64,000 bases of DNA from Oscillospiraceae bacterium (GTDB taxonomy: Bacteria > Bacillota > Clostridia > Oscillospirales > CAG-272): assembly GCA_015064745.1 (NCBI GenBank), contig SVRR01000006.1:115-64114 (forward strand), read 5' to 3'. A model generated the notes under the pieces. That model saw only the letters and a program-made list of their open reading frames with translations, did no database searches and was not told where the DNA came from. Of the stretch, positions 40,978-49,680 are shown one piece after another (position 1 is the stretch's first letter; every line of letters begins with the position of its first letter). Made by a program: the position numbers and the translations under genes.

Positions 40978-41201
40978 AGCTCTTCGCTCCTTTCTTGGCA
41001 AGGGAAGAACGTGGGGGCTTTTGAGGAAAGCCCCCACACCCCAAACCTCTTTGTGATATTTTTTGAAATTGAGGGAAGGCAAAGGCTGCTGAAAAACAGA
41101 GCAAAAGCACTTTCAAATCTTGCTCACAATGACCGCTTCCCTTTCCTTCTTAAAAGCTTTTTGCTCCAAACCTTTTCTCGAAAAAGTTTGGGGAAACTCC
41201 G

Positions 41202-42488
41202 TTAAATTTCAGCCAGTGCTTGCTCAATATCCGCAATCAAGTCTTCCGCTGCCTCAATACCGCAAGAAAAGCGTACAAGATCCGCTGAAACACCGCAAGC
41301 GGCAAGCTCGGCGTCGGAAAGCTGGCGGTGGGTGGTGGATGCGGGGTGCAGGCAGCAGCTGCGCGCGTCCGCGACGTGGGTCTCAATGGCGGCAATGCGA
41401 AGTCCCGTCATAAACTTCTCCGCGGCGGCTCTGCCGCCCTTGACGCCAAAGCTGACGACACCGCAGGTACCGTTCGGCATATACTTTTTCGCAAGCGCGT
41501 AATCCTCGTCGCCCTCAAGCGCGGGGAATTTGACCCAGGAGATCTTCTCGTGGGCGGCAAGATACTTCGCTACGGCAAGACCGTTCTCAAAATGCTTTTT
41601 CATGCGAACGTGCAAGCTTTCAAGCCCAAGTCCGAGAATAAAGGCACTCATCGGGGACTGCGTTGTACCAAGGTCACGCATCAGCTGTGCCGTTGCCTTG
41701 GTGATGAATGCGCCCTCTTTGCCGAAGCGCTCGGCGTAGGTAATGCCGTGATAGCTGTCGTCGGGCGTGGTAAGACCGGGGAAACGCTCGGCGTGTGCCA
41801 TCCAGTCAAAATTACCGCCGTCGACGATCGCGCCGCCAACGCAGGAGCCGTGACCGTCCATATACTTGGTGGTGGAATGGGTGACGATATCCGCACCCCA
41901 TTCAATGGGACGGCAATGCGCGGGGGTCGCAAAGGTGTTATCGATGATAAGGGGAACGCCATGCTCGTGCGCAACCTTAGCGAACAGCTCAATGTCAAGA
42001 ACGTTTAACGCGGGGTTGGCGATGGTCTCGCCAAAGAGCGCCTTGGTGTTCGGACGGAAAGCAGCGTGAAGCTCCTCTTCGGTCGCCGTGGGGCTAACGA
42101 AGGTAAAATCAATGCCCATCTTCTTCATCGTGACCGAGAAGAGGTTGAAGGTACCGCCGTAGATGGCAGAGGAAGCAACCACGTGGTCGCCTGCATTTGC
42201 AATATTGAATACGGCAAAGAAGTTTGCCGCCTGACCCGAAGAGGTCAGCATAGCGGCAGTGCCGCCCTCCATCGCGCAAATCTTTGCCGCCACCGTATCA
42301 CAGGTGGGATTCTGTAAACGAGAGTAAAAATAGCCGGACGCCTCAAGGTCAAAGAGCTTACCCATGTCCTCACCCGTCGCATACTTAAAGGTAGTGCTTT
42401 GCACGATGGGGATTTGTCTCGGCTCACCGTTGCCGGGGGTATAACCGCCCTGCACGCAAACGGTATCAATATGTTGTTTCTTCTCCAT
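41202..42488 (-). CDS. metY: O-acetylhomoserine aminocarboxypropyltransferase/sulfhydrylase
   Basis: YSRLQNPT, SSGQAA, DNTFATP, HSTTKYMDGHG (PLP lysine). Confidence 0.93.
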   Translation of the reverse strand: MEKKQHIDTVCVQGGYTPGNGEPRQIPIVQSTTFKYATGEDMGKLFDLEASGYFYSRLQNPTCDTVAAKICAMEGGTAAMLTSSGQAANFFAVFNIANAGDHVVASSAIYGGTFNLFSVTMKKMGIDFTFVSPTATEEELHAAFRPNTKALFGETIANPALNVLDIELFAKVAHEHGVPLIIDNTFATPAHCRPIEWGADIVTHSTTKYMDGHGSCVGGAIVDGGNFDWMAHAERFPGLTTPDDSYHGITYAERFGKEGAFITKATAQLMRDLGTTQSPMSAFILGLGLESLHVRMKKHFENGLAVAKYLAAHEKISWVKFPALEGDEDYALAKKYMPNGTCGVVSFGVKGGRAAAEKFMTGLRIAAIETHVADARSCCLHPASTTHRQLSDAELAACGVSADLVRFSCGIEAAEDLIADIEQALAEI

Positions 42489-42571
42489 AATTTAGGCTTC
42501 CTTTCAGGAAAATATCTCTAAATGCAAATATTTGTTTGCAGAAATAGAAACCGTTATTTACATTTCAAGAG

Positions 42572-42604
42572 GAAATCAAGGCTGTTTGCACGCAAACAGC
42601 CTTG
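42572..42604 (-). terminator. Terminator after ilvE
   Basis: CAAGGCTGTTTGC-ac-GCAAACAGCCTTG perfect stem, with a short T tract. Confidence 0.65.
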
Positions 42605-42639
42605 TCTATTTATCGAAGCCGATCGACCCTTTTGTTCAA

Positions 42640-43707
42640 TCAGACTTCTTTTCTCCAGCCGAAGGGATCGTCACGGCGTCCCCATTGGATGCCGGTGATC
42701 TCGTCGTACAGCTTTTGGGTCAGCTCACCGATATCGCCCTTACCGATCTGCATCACGTCATCCATGTAACGGAGCTTACCGACGGGGGAAACGACGGCGG
42801 CGGTACCCGTGCCGAAGACCTCTTCCAGAGAGCCATTCTTCGCGGCAGCGACCAGCTCGTCAACCGAGATGCGGCGCTCCTCTACCTCATAGCCCCATGC
42901 GCGGCAAAGGGTCAGAACGGAATTACGGGTAACGCCGGGGAGGATCGAGCCGTTAAGCATCGGCGTGACGATCTTGCCTGCGATCTTGAAGAAGATGTTC
43001 ATTGCGCCAACCTCTTCAATATACTTTCTCTCCACACCGTCAAGCCACAGAACCTGCGAATAGCCGTCGTCGTGCGCTTTGACCTGCGCGATAAGAGAAG
43101 CTGCGTAGTTACCGCCCGTCTTGGCAAAGCCCATACCGCCCTTGACGGCACGGACGTACTCGTCCTCGATCCAAATACCTACGGGAGCAAGACCGCTTTC
43201 ATAGTATGCGCCCGAGGGAGAAAGAATGACCATAAAGAGATAGGTCTTAGAGGGAGCAACGCCAAGGAAATCGTCGGTAGCGATCACGAAGGGACGAATG
43301 TAAAGCGAGGTGCCGGGCTCGGTGGGGATCCAGTCCTTATCCACTTCAACGACGGCGCGTACAGCCTCTACGAAGTCCTCTTCGGGAATGTTCGGGATGC
43401 AAAGACGGTCGTTCGACTGATTGGCACGCTTTGCGTTCATGTCGGGGCGGAAAAGGTATGCTTTTCCGTCGTCACCCATATACGCCTTCAATCCCTCAAA
43501 CATCTCCTGACCGTAGTGGAAAACCATGGACGCGGGAGAGAGAGAAAGGTTCTGATAGGGAATGATGCGAGCGTCATGCCAGCCCTTGCCTTCCGTGTAG
43601 TTCATCACGAACATATGGTCGGTGAAAATATGTCCGAAGCCAAGCTTTTGACCCTTCGCGGGCTTTGCCTTGGGGGCAGTGGTTTTTTCGATCTTGATAT
43701 TCAGCAT
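42640..43707 (-). CDS. ilvE: Branched-chain amino acid aminotransferase
   Basis: HYGQEMFEGLKAY, SLYIRP, AKTGGNYA, ILPGVTR. Confidence 0.97.
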   Translation of the reverse strand: MLNIKIEKTTAPKAKPAKGQKLGFGHIFTDHMFVMNYTEGKGWHDARIIPYQNLSLSPASMVFHYGQEMFEGLKAYMGDDGKAYLFRPDMNAKRANQSNDRLCIPNIPEEDFVEAVRAVVEVDKDWIPTEPGTSLYIRPFVIATDDFLGVAPSKTYLFMVILSPSGAYYESGLAPVGIWIEDEYVRAVKGGMGFAKTGGNYAASLIAQVKAHDDGYSQVLWLDGVERKYIEEVGAMNIFFKIAGKIVTPMLNGSILPGVTRNSVLTLCRAWGYEVEERRISVDELVAAAKNGSLEEVFGTGTAAVVSPVGKLRYMDDVMQIGKGDIGELTQKLYDEITGIQWGRRDDPFGWRKEV

Positions 43708-43731
43708 GTTTTTTGCCTTCTTTCTGTCGAA

Positions 43732-44271
43732 TTATTCTGCGTAGTTATAGCCCGTTTCGATTGCTTTGAGATTGATCTCAAGCAGATCGGCGTGTTTTGC
43801 CGAAACGACCTTGGAAAGAGCATCACGAATGCCCTCGTAGGACACAATGCCCGTTTCACGGATCAGCTTGCCTACCATGATCATGTTGGCAAGCGTGGGG
43901 AAGCCTGCTTCCTTTGCAAGGCGGGTGGCGGGAATGTAGAACGCTTCTACGTCGGCGCGCTCTACCTTACGCTCAATGAGGGTGGAATCCACGAAGATCT
44001 TACCGCCCGCGACGGTCGCGCTCTCGTACTTGTCAAGCGAGGGAAGATTCATCACCATCAAAACGTCGGGATTGGAGACGATGGGCGAGCCAACGGGCTC
44101 GTCGCTGATAATGACGGAGCAGTTTGCCGTACCGCCGCGCATTTCGGGGCCGTAGGAAGGAAGCCAGCTTAACTGCTTGCCCTCAAGAAGTCCCTTGTAC
44201 GCGAGGAATTTACCTGCGAACAGAACACCCTGTCCGCCGAAGCCTGCAATCAAAAGATTGGTCGTTTTCAT
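43732..44271 (-). CDS. 2-oxoacid:ferredoxin oxidoreductase gamma subunit
   Basis: [18 protein letters not shown]; ATGA overlap with the beta subunit stop. Confidence 0.95.
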   Translation of the reverse strand: MKTTNLLIAGFGGQGVLFAGKFLAYKGLLEGKQLSWLPSYGPEMRGGTANCSVIISDEPVGSPIVSNPDVLMVMNLPSLDKYESATVAGGKIFVDSTLIERKVERADVEAFYIPATRLAKEAGFPTLANMIMVGKLIRETGIVSYEGIRDALSKVVSAKHADLLEINLKAIETGYNYAE

Positions 44272-45020
44272 TGTGCGTCCTCCTTCGTCTTGTCGCGGTA
44301 TACGCCGAGAGGATAATAGGGGATCATCTTCTCTTCCACCCATTCCAGCGCCTTGTCGGGCGTCATACCCCAGTTGGTGGGGCAAGAGGATACCACCTCA
44401 ATAAGAGAGAAGCCGCGTCCCTCGACCTGGTTGCGGAACGCCTTCAGAATTGCCTTCTTCGCGTTCTTTACGTTCTTCACGTTATTGACGGCAACGCGCT
44501 CGATATAGGTAGGCGCGTCAAGCGCGGAAAGAAGCTCAGCGACCTTCACGGGAAGACCAGTCAGCTTAGGATCGCGTCCGTAGGGAGAGGTCTGGGTGAC
44601 CTGACCGGGAAGCGAGGTGGGCGCCATCTGACCGCCCGTCATACCGTAAATGGCGTTGTTGACGAAGATGATGGTGATATTTTCGTTTCTTGCGGCGGCG
44701 TGCACCGTCTCTGCCATACCGATGGAGGCAAGGTCGCCGTCACCCTGGTAGGTAAATACGATGTTATCGGGACGACCGCGCTTGATACCCGTTGCAACGG
44801 CAGGAGCACGTCCGTGTGCCGCCTCGATCATATCACAGGTAAAGTAGTCGTACGCCATAACGGCACAGCCAACAGGGGCAACGCCGATCGCGCGTCCCTC
44901 AATGCCAAGCTCATCAATTGCCTCAGCCACAAGACGATGAATGATACCGTGGGTACAGCCGGGGCAGTAGTGGAAGGGCACATTTGCCAAGGACTTTGGT
45001 TTTTCAAATACAACGCTCAT
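44268..45020 (-). CDS. 2-oxoacid:ferredoxin oxidoreductase beta (TPP-binding) subunit, VOR-type
   Basis: YCPGCTHG, GDGD, NNAIYGMTGGQ. Confidence 0.95.
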   Translation of the reverse strand: MSVVFEKPKSLANVPFHYCPGCTHGIIHRLVAEAIDELGIEGRAIGVAPVGCAVMAYDYFTCDMIEAAHGRAPAVATGIKRGRPDNIVFTYQGDGDLASIGMAETVHAAARNENITIIFVNNAIYGMTGGQMAPTSLPGQVTQTSPYGRDPKLTGLPVKVAELLSALDAPTYIERVAVNNVKNVKNAKKAILKAFRNQVEGRGFSLIEVVSSCPTNWGMTPDKALEWVEEKMIPYYPLGVYRDKTKEDAQ

Positions 45021-45023
45021 TGC

Positions 45024-46079
45024 TTATTCTCCTTTCACCATCGCCTCGATCTTGGCATAGACCTCTTCGGGCGTGGGGATCATACCGCCTGCGCGGTTGC
45101 AAAGGGATACGGGTCTTGCGCAACGAATGGCAAGCTCAATATCCTCGATCATCTGACCCATCGAAAGCTCAACGGAAAGGAACGCCTTGACCGTCTTTGC
45201 CGCCTCGGCAAAGGCTTTCTTCGGGAAGGGCCAAAGGGTGATAGGACGGATCATACCGACGCGCATACCGTTCGCGCGCGCCTCGTTGACAGCGTTCTTT
45301 GCCACGCGCGAAGCAATACCGAACGCAACGACGCAATACTCGGCATCCTCCATCAGGTAAGACTCGTACATTGCTTCGGTCTCTTCGATCTTCGCGTAAC
45401 GCTCGTAGCGCTTGAAGTTTTCCACTTCCAGCGTTTCGGGCTTTAAGAAGAGAGAGTTGACGATATTATGGGGTCTCTTGCACTCGGTACCCGTCAGCGC
45501 CCAGGGCTTATCAAAGGTACGGGTCTCGCCCGAGGGAAGCTCTACGGGCTCCATCATCTGACCCATCGTACCGTCGGCAAGGATCATCGCCGTCATACGG
45601 TACTCGTCTGCCTTTTCAAATCCAAGAACGGTAAGGTCAGCCATTTCCTGCACCGAAGCGGGAGCATACACAAGCATATGATAGTCGCCGTGACCGCCGC
45701 CGCGCGTTGCCTGAAAATAATCGGACTGGGAGGGCTGAATGCCGCCGAGACCGGGGCCGCCGCGCTGTACGTTGACGATAAGGGCAGGAAGATCCGCACC
45801 TGCAAGGTAGGAAAGTCCCTCGCTCTTAAGAGAGATTCCGGGGCTGGAGGAGGAGGTCATAACGCGAAGACCCGCACCCGCAACACCGTAAACCATATTG
45901 ATGGCGGAGATTTCGCTCTCTGCCTGAAGAAACACGCCGCCGATCTTGGGCATGCGCTTTGCCATATACGCGGCAATCTCGGTTTGGGGAGTAATAGGAT
46001 AGCCGAAATAATGACGGCATCCGGCAAGGATCGCCGCCTCGGCGATTGCCTCGTTACCCTTCATAAGTACTTTAGCCAT
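45024..46079 (-). CDS. vorB: 2-oxoisovalerate:ferredoxin oxidoreductase alpha subunit (VorB-like)
   Basis: KGNEAIAE, GYPITPQTE, QAESE, SSSSPG, QPSQSDY. Confidence 0.9.
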   Translation of the reverse strand: MAKVLMKGNEAIAEAAILAGCRHYFGYPITPQTEIAAYMAKRMPKIGGVFLQAESEISAINMVYGVAGAGLRVMTSSSSPGISLKSEGLSYLAGADLPALIVNVQRGGPGLGGIQPSQSDYFQATRGGGHGDYHMLVYAPASVQEMADLTVLGFEKADEYRMTAMILADGTMGQMMEPVELPSGETRTFDKPWALTGTECKRPHNIVNSLFLKPETLEVENFKRYERYAKIEETEAMYESYLMEDAEYCVVAFGIASRVAKNAVNEARANGMRVGMIRPITLWPFPKKAFAEAAKTVKAFLSVELSMGQMIEDIELAIRCARPVSLCNRAGGMIPTPEEVYAKIEAMVKGE

Positions 46080-46091
46080 TGTCTTCCCTCC

Positions 46092-46298
46092 TTACTTCTC
46101 AACGCGGATAACGCAATCGGGGCACATGGTTGCACAGAAGGCACAGCCGATGCATTTCGATTCGTCGGTCATCTCCGCAGGAGAATGTCCTTTTTTGTTG
46201 ATCTTGTCCTTTGCGATCACGAGGATCTTCTTGGGGCAAGCGGTAACGCAAAGTCCGCAGCCCTTGCAAAGGTCGGTGTCAAATGTCACTTTAGCCAT
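46092..46298 (-). CDS. 2x[4Fe-4S] ferredoxin delta subunit
   Basis: CKGCGLCVTACP and CIGCAFCATMCP. Confidence 0.95.
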   Translation of the reverse strand: MAKVTFDTDLCKGCGLCVTACPKKILVIAKDKINKKGHSPAEMTDESKCIGCAFCATMCPDCVIRVEK

Positions 46299-46313
46299 TT
46301 TAATATCCGTCCT

Positions 46314-46970
46314 TTATGTTATTTTTTTCTGTAAGCGTAGGTGAAATGCTTCGGGAAGCACACCCGATAGGCGCGCATCCGCCGCAGTAAAGAGAAGCGG
46401 AAGTCCCGTGATCTCGGAAAGCCGTTCGGCTTCCTTTTCCATCATTAAGACATCCTCTCCCTTTGTCTCTTCGCCAAGATTTGAGTTGTGCACGATGGCG
46501 GTAAAGGGAATCTTCGCTGCCAATTCGATCTCTCGCATCACTTCAAGTGCCGCCTCTGCCGTGGGAGTAAGGGGGCGATAGAAGTTGGCGACAAAAATGC
46601 TTTCATAGTTTCCTTCTTCGAGAATAGCGGGCGCGTATCTGCCGAGCGCCAAGGCACCGCGGTCGTCACCGCCCACGTCAAGCACCGCATAGCGGCTCTT
46701 ATCTTCCGTGAGGGCGTATAGCTCCGCCGGCAAGGCAGGCACGTCCACGTTGCTGTTTGCGTAGGCGGAGGAGATGAGGCGAACACCCGCCGTCTTCAGG
46801 TCCTCCGCGCTGTCCTTGGTGCGGAAATAGGGATTGACGATATCAAGGTCCGCGATGGTCACGGGCAGACCTTTCTCCGCAAGATGTAAAGCGTAGTTTA
46901 CAGCAATGTTGGTTTTTCCGCTGCCGTAATGTCCCGAAAAAAGGGTAACGCGTTTGGGGATTATGTTCAT
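46314..46970 (-). CDS. P-loop ATP-binding protein (MinD/CobQ-like) associated with VOR operons
   Basis: GHYGSGKTN, DLDIVNPYFR, LDVGGD. Confidence 0.85.
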   Translation of the reverse strand: MNIIPKRVTLFSGHYGSGKTNIAVNYALHLAEKGLPVTIADLDIVNPYFRTKDSAEDLKTAGVRLISSAYANSNVDVPALPAELYALTEDKSRYAVLDVGGDDRGALALGRYAPAILEEGNYESIFVANFYRPLTPTAEAALEVMREIELAAKIPFTAIVHNSNLGEETKGEDVLMMEKEAERLSEITGLPLLFTAADARLSGVLPEAFHLRLQKKIT

Positions 46971-46983
46971 ATTCTTTGCTGAT

Positions 46984-49284
46984 TTACAGCTTGTTGCGAA
47001 TAATTTTTCCGCTTGTCGTCTTGGGAAGCTCCTCACGGAACACGACGATACGGGGGTATTTATAGGGTGCGGTCTTCTGCTTAACGTACTCTTGGATCTC
47101 CTTTTTGAGGTCATCCGAGGGCTCGGTGCCCTTGGTTAAGACGATAGAAGCCTTGACGACCTGACCTCTGACGGGGTCGGGCGCGGCGGAAACGCCGCAT
47201 TCAAGAACGTAGGGAAGCTCCATGATAACGTTTTCGATCTCAAACGGACCGATGCGGTAACCGGAGGACTTGATCACGTCGTCCACACGTCCGACGTACC
47301 AATAGAAGCCCTCTTCGTCGCGCCATGCGGTATCGCCCGTATGATACAGTCCGTCGTGCCAAGCCTCACGCGTTTTTTCTTCGTCGAGGTAATACCCCGC
47401 AAACAAGCCGCAGGGCGCGCCGTTTTCGGTATGCACAACGATCTCGCCCGTTTCACCAATGCCGACACTCTTGCCGTCGGGGTCGACGATATCCACGTCA
47501 TAAAGCGGCACGGGCTTACCCATCGAGCCAAGCTTATGCGCGTCACCGATGAGGTTACCGATCATAAGCGTACCCTCGGACTGACCGAAGCCCTCCATGA
47601 TCTTGACACCCATCAGCTTTTCCAGCTGGCGGAAGACCTCGGGATTAAGTGCCTCGCCTGCCGTAGTGGCACGCTCAACCGAAGACATATCGTACTTGCT
47701 GATGTCCTGCTTTATCATCATGCGGTACATGGTCGGGGGAGCGCAGAAGGTGGTAATATGATATTTCGCAAAGAGAGGCAGAATATCTGCCGCCGAGAAA
47801 CGGTCGAAGTCGTAAACGAAGGTGGCTCCCTCCGCCATCCACTGACCGTAAAGCTTGCCCCACATTGCCTTCGCCCAGCCCGTATCCGAGATGGTGAAGT
47901 GCAATCCCTCGGGATTGACACCGTGCCAATACTTGGCGGTGAGGAAATGTCCGAGCGCGTACTTATAATTGTGCGCCGCAATCTTGGGGTAGCCCGTCGT
48001 GCCCGAGGTGAAGAACATGAGCATGAGGTCGTCTCCGCATGCCGTCTGTTCGGTACGGTCAAAGTGGGTGCTGTAAAGCTTATATTCATCGTCGAAGCTA
48101 CGCCAGCCCTCCCTCTCTCCGCCTACCATAATGCGGTTGACGACCGAGGGGCACTCGGCAAGCGCTACCTCTGCTTCAAGAACGGTTTCCTCATCCGAGG
48201 TGCAAAGGATCGCCGAAACACCTGCCGCACCAAAGCGATAGGAGAAGTCGTGCGACTTTAACTGGTTGGTTGCGGGAATGGCAATAGCGCCGAGCTTATT
48301 GAGACCGAGCATGGCAAACCAGAATTGATAATGGCGCTTAAGCACCAGCATGACTCTGTCGCCCTTCTTGATGCCGAGCGATTTGAAATAGTTTGCGCAC
48401 TGTGCCGAGGCACGCTTCATATCAAGGAAGGTAAAGCGACGCTCGTTCTTCTCTTTATCGAGATAGAGCATGGCAAGCTTTTCGGGCTTGGTTTTCGCGA
48501 GCTCATCCACGATATCATAAGCAAAATTGAATTTTTCGGGATTTTTGAAGGAGATCTTCTTTAAAACGCCGTTTTCGTCCTCGACGGTATCCACCCACTT
48601 GTCGTAAACACGCTCGGAAGGCTCAGCGACCGCCTCGCGGCGCGGCTTATCGACCACCGCTGCCTTGGCAGGCACAAGCTCGGGGATGGGCTCGCCCGTG
48701 GGATTCAGCACCATCGCGTAGAAGGTACAGTCGCGTCCGCCGACAGCCTTCATACCGTGAGGCGTCGAGCTGTCATAATAAATGCTGTCACCCTCGTGAA
48801 GCACGACCTTATAATCGCCGACCTGTACGCAAAGCGAGCCCGAAATGACGATATCGCATTCCTGTCCGTCGTGGGTTGTGACCTCGATCTCGCTTTCCTC
48901 GTTCTCCGCCGTATACGCGGCTCTGACAAACAGCGGCTCGGCAATACGATTGCGGAAGGCAGAGGCAAGGTTGTAGTACACCATACCGTGTGCCTGCTCG
49001 ATGCGCTGTCCTTCCCCGCTTCTCGTTACAGTATAAGCGGCAAGGCGAGGGCTGGTACCCTCAATGATGTCGGTAACGTCCACGTTGAACGCCTGCGCGC
49101 AACGGTAGATAAAGGCAAAGTTTAAGTCACTCTCTCCCTTTTCACACGCAAGATATTCCGCTTCGGTGACGCCCGTCTTTTTCGCCATCTCACGAACGGT
49201 CAGCTGCTCGATCTCGCGAAGCTCTCGAATACGCGCCGCCATTTCCTTGATCTTGGCGTCAAGACTCTTGTTTTGTTGTCCCAT
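46984..49284 (-). CDS. XRE-HTH-cupin-acyl-CoA synthetase fusion (Val T-box paralog)
   Basis: N-terminal HTH and cupin (H.GQE, YYDS.TPH); FTSGTTGYPK, EGFGQSE, YHTGD, GRVDDVIKSSGYRIGP. Confidence 0.92.
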   Translation of the reverse strand: MGQQNKSLDAKIKEMAARIRELREIEQLTVREMAKKTGVTEAEYLACEKGESDLNFAFIYRCAQAFNVDVTDIIEGTSPRLAAYTVTRSGEGQRIEQAHGMVYYNLASAFRNRIAEPLFVRAAYTAENEESEIEVTTHDGQECDIVISGSLCVQVGDYKVVLHEGDSIYYDSSTPHGMKAVGGRDCTFYAMVLNPTGEPIPELVPAKAAVVDKPRREAVAEPSERVYDKWVDTVEDENGVLKKISFKNPEKFNFAYDIVDELAKTKPEKLAMLYLDKEKNERRFTFLDMKRASAQCANYFKSLGIKKGDRVMLVLKRHYQFWFAMLGLNKLGAIAIPATNQLKSHDFSYRFGAAGVSAILCTSDEETVLEAEVALAECPSVVNRIMVGGEREGWRSFDDEYKLYSTHFDRTEQTACGDDLMLMFFTSGTTGYPKIAAHNYKYALGHFLTAKYWHGVNPEGLHFTISDTGWAKAMWGKLYGQWMAEGATFVYDFDRFSAADILPLFAKYHITTFCAPPTMYRMMIKQDISKYDMSSVERATTAGEALNPEVFRQLEKLMGVKIMEGFGQSEGTLMIGNLIGDAHKLGSMGKPVPLYDVDIVDPDGKSVGIGETGEIVVHTENGAPCGLFAGYYLDEEKTREAWHDGLYHTGDTAWRDEEGFYWYVGRVDDVIKSSGYRIGPFEIENVIMELPYVLECGVSAAPDPVRGQVVKASIVLTKGTEPSDDLKKEIQEYVKQKTAPYKYPRIVVFREELPKTTSGKIIRNKL

Positions 49285-49314
49285 ATTTTCTCCTTTTTCG
49301 AGGGGGAAAAGAAT

Positions 49315-49592
49315 AAACAAAGCCCGCCTCAAAGACGTAAAATACTTTGAGACGAGCTATAATCTCTTATATCCCGCGGTACCACTCAAATTGCACCCTT
49401 ACGGGCACCACTCTCGGACTCATACAAGCCCTATGCCTTTACGCAGCAATCACGGAGAGGTTCTACGGCACCCCTTGGGACACTTTCTTCCTCTCGGCTC
49501 GGAAGCTACAAGCAAACGCGCGGTCTTTACCGACTTACACCATCCGTCGGCTCTCTGTAAAAGCCATCGCTATGCCCTCTTCGTCACAGCCT
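49315..49592 (-). ncRNA. T-box riboswitch, probable Val (GUA) specifier
   Basis: GA motif, AGAGA and GGTGTAA loops, T-box AATTTGAGTGGTACCGCG (49392-49375), terminator at 49317-49358; GTA at 49509-49507. Confidence 0.92.
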
Positions 49593-49611
49593 TTTATTCT
49601 TTTGTGATAAC

Positions 49612-49640
49612 AGTATATCAAGTCTTTTTGGTTTTGTCAA
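49612..49640 (-). promoter_or_regulatory. Sigma-A promoter of the Val T-box leader
   Basis: TTGACA-N17-TATACT with TG extension. Confidence 0.85.
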
Positions 49641-49680
49641 GAGTTTTTTTGAAATTTCCTATATTATATAAATCCCAAGC

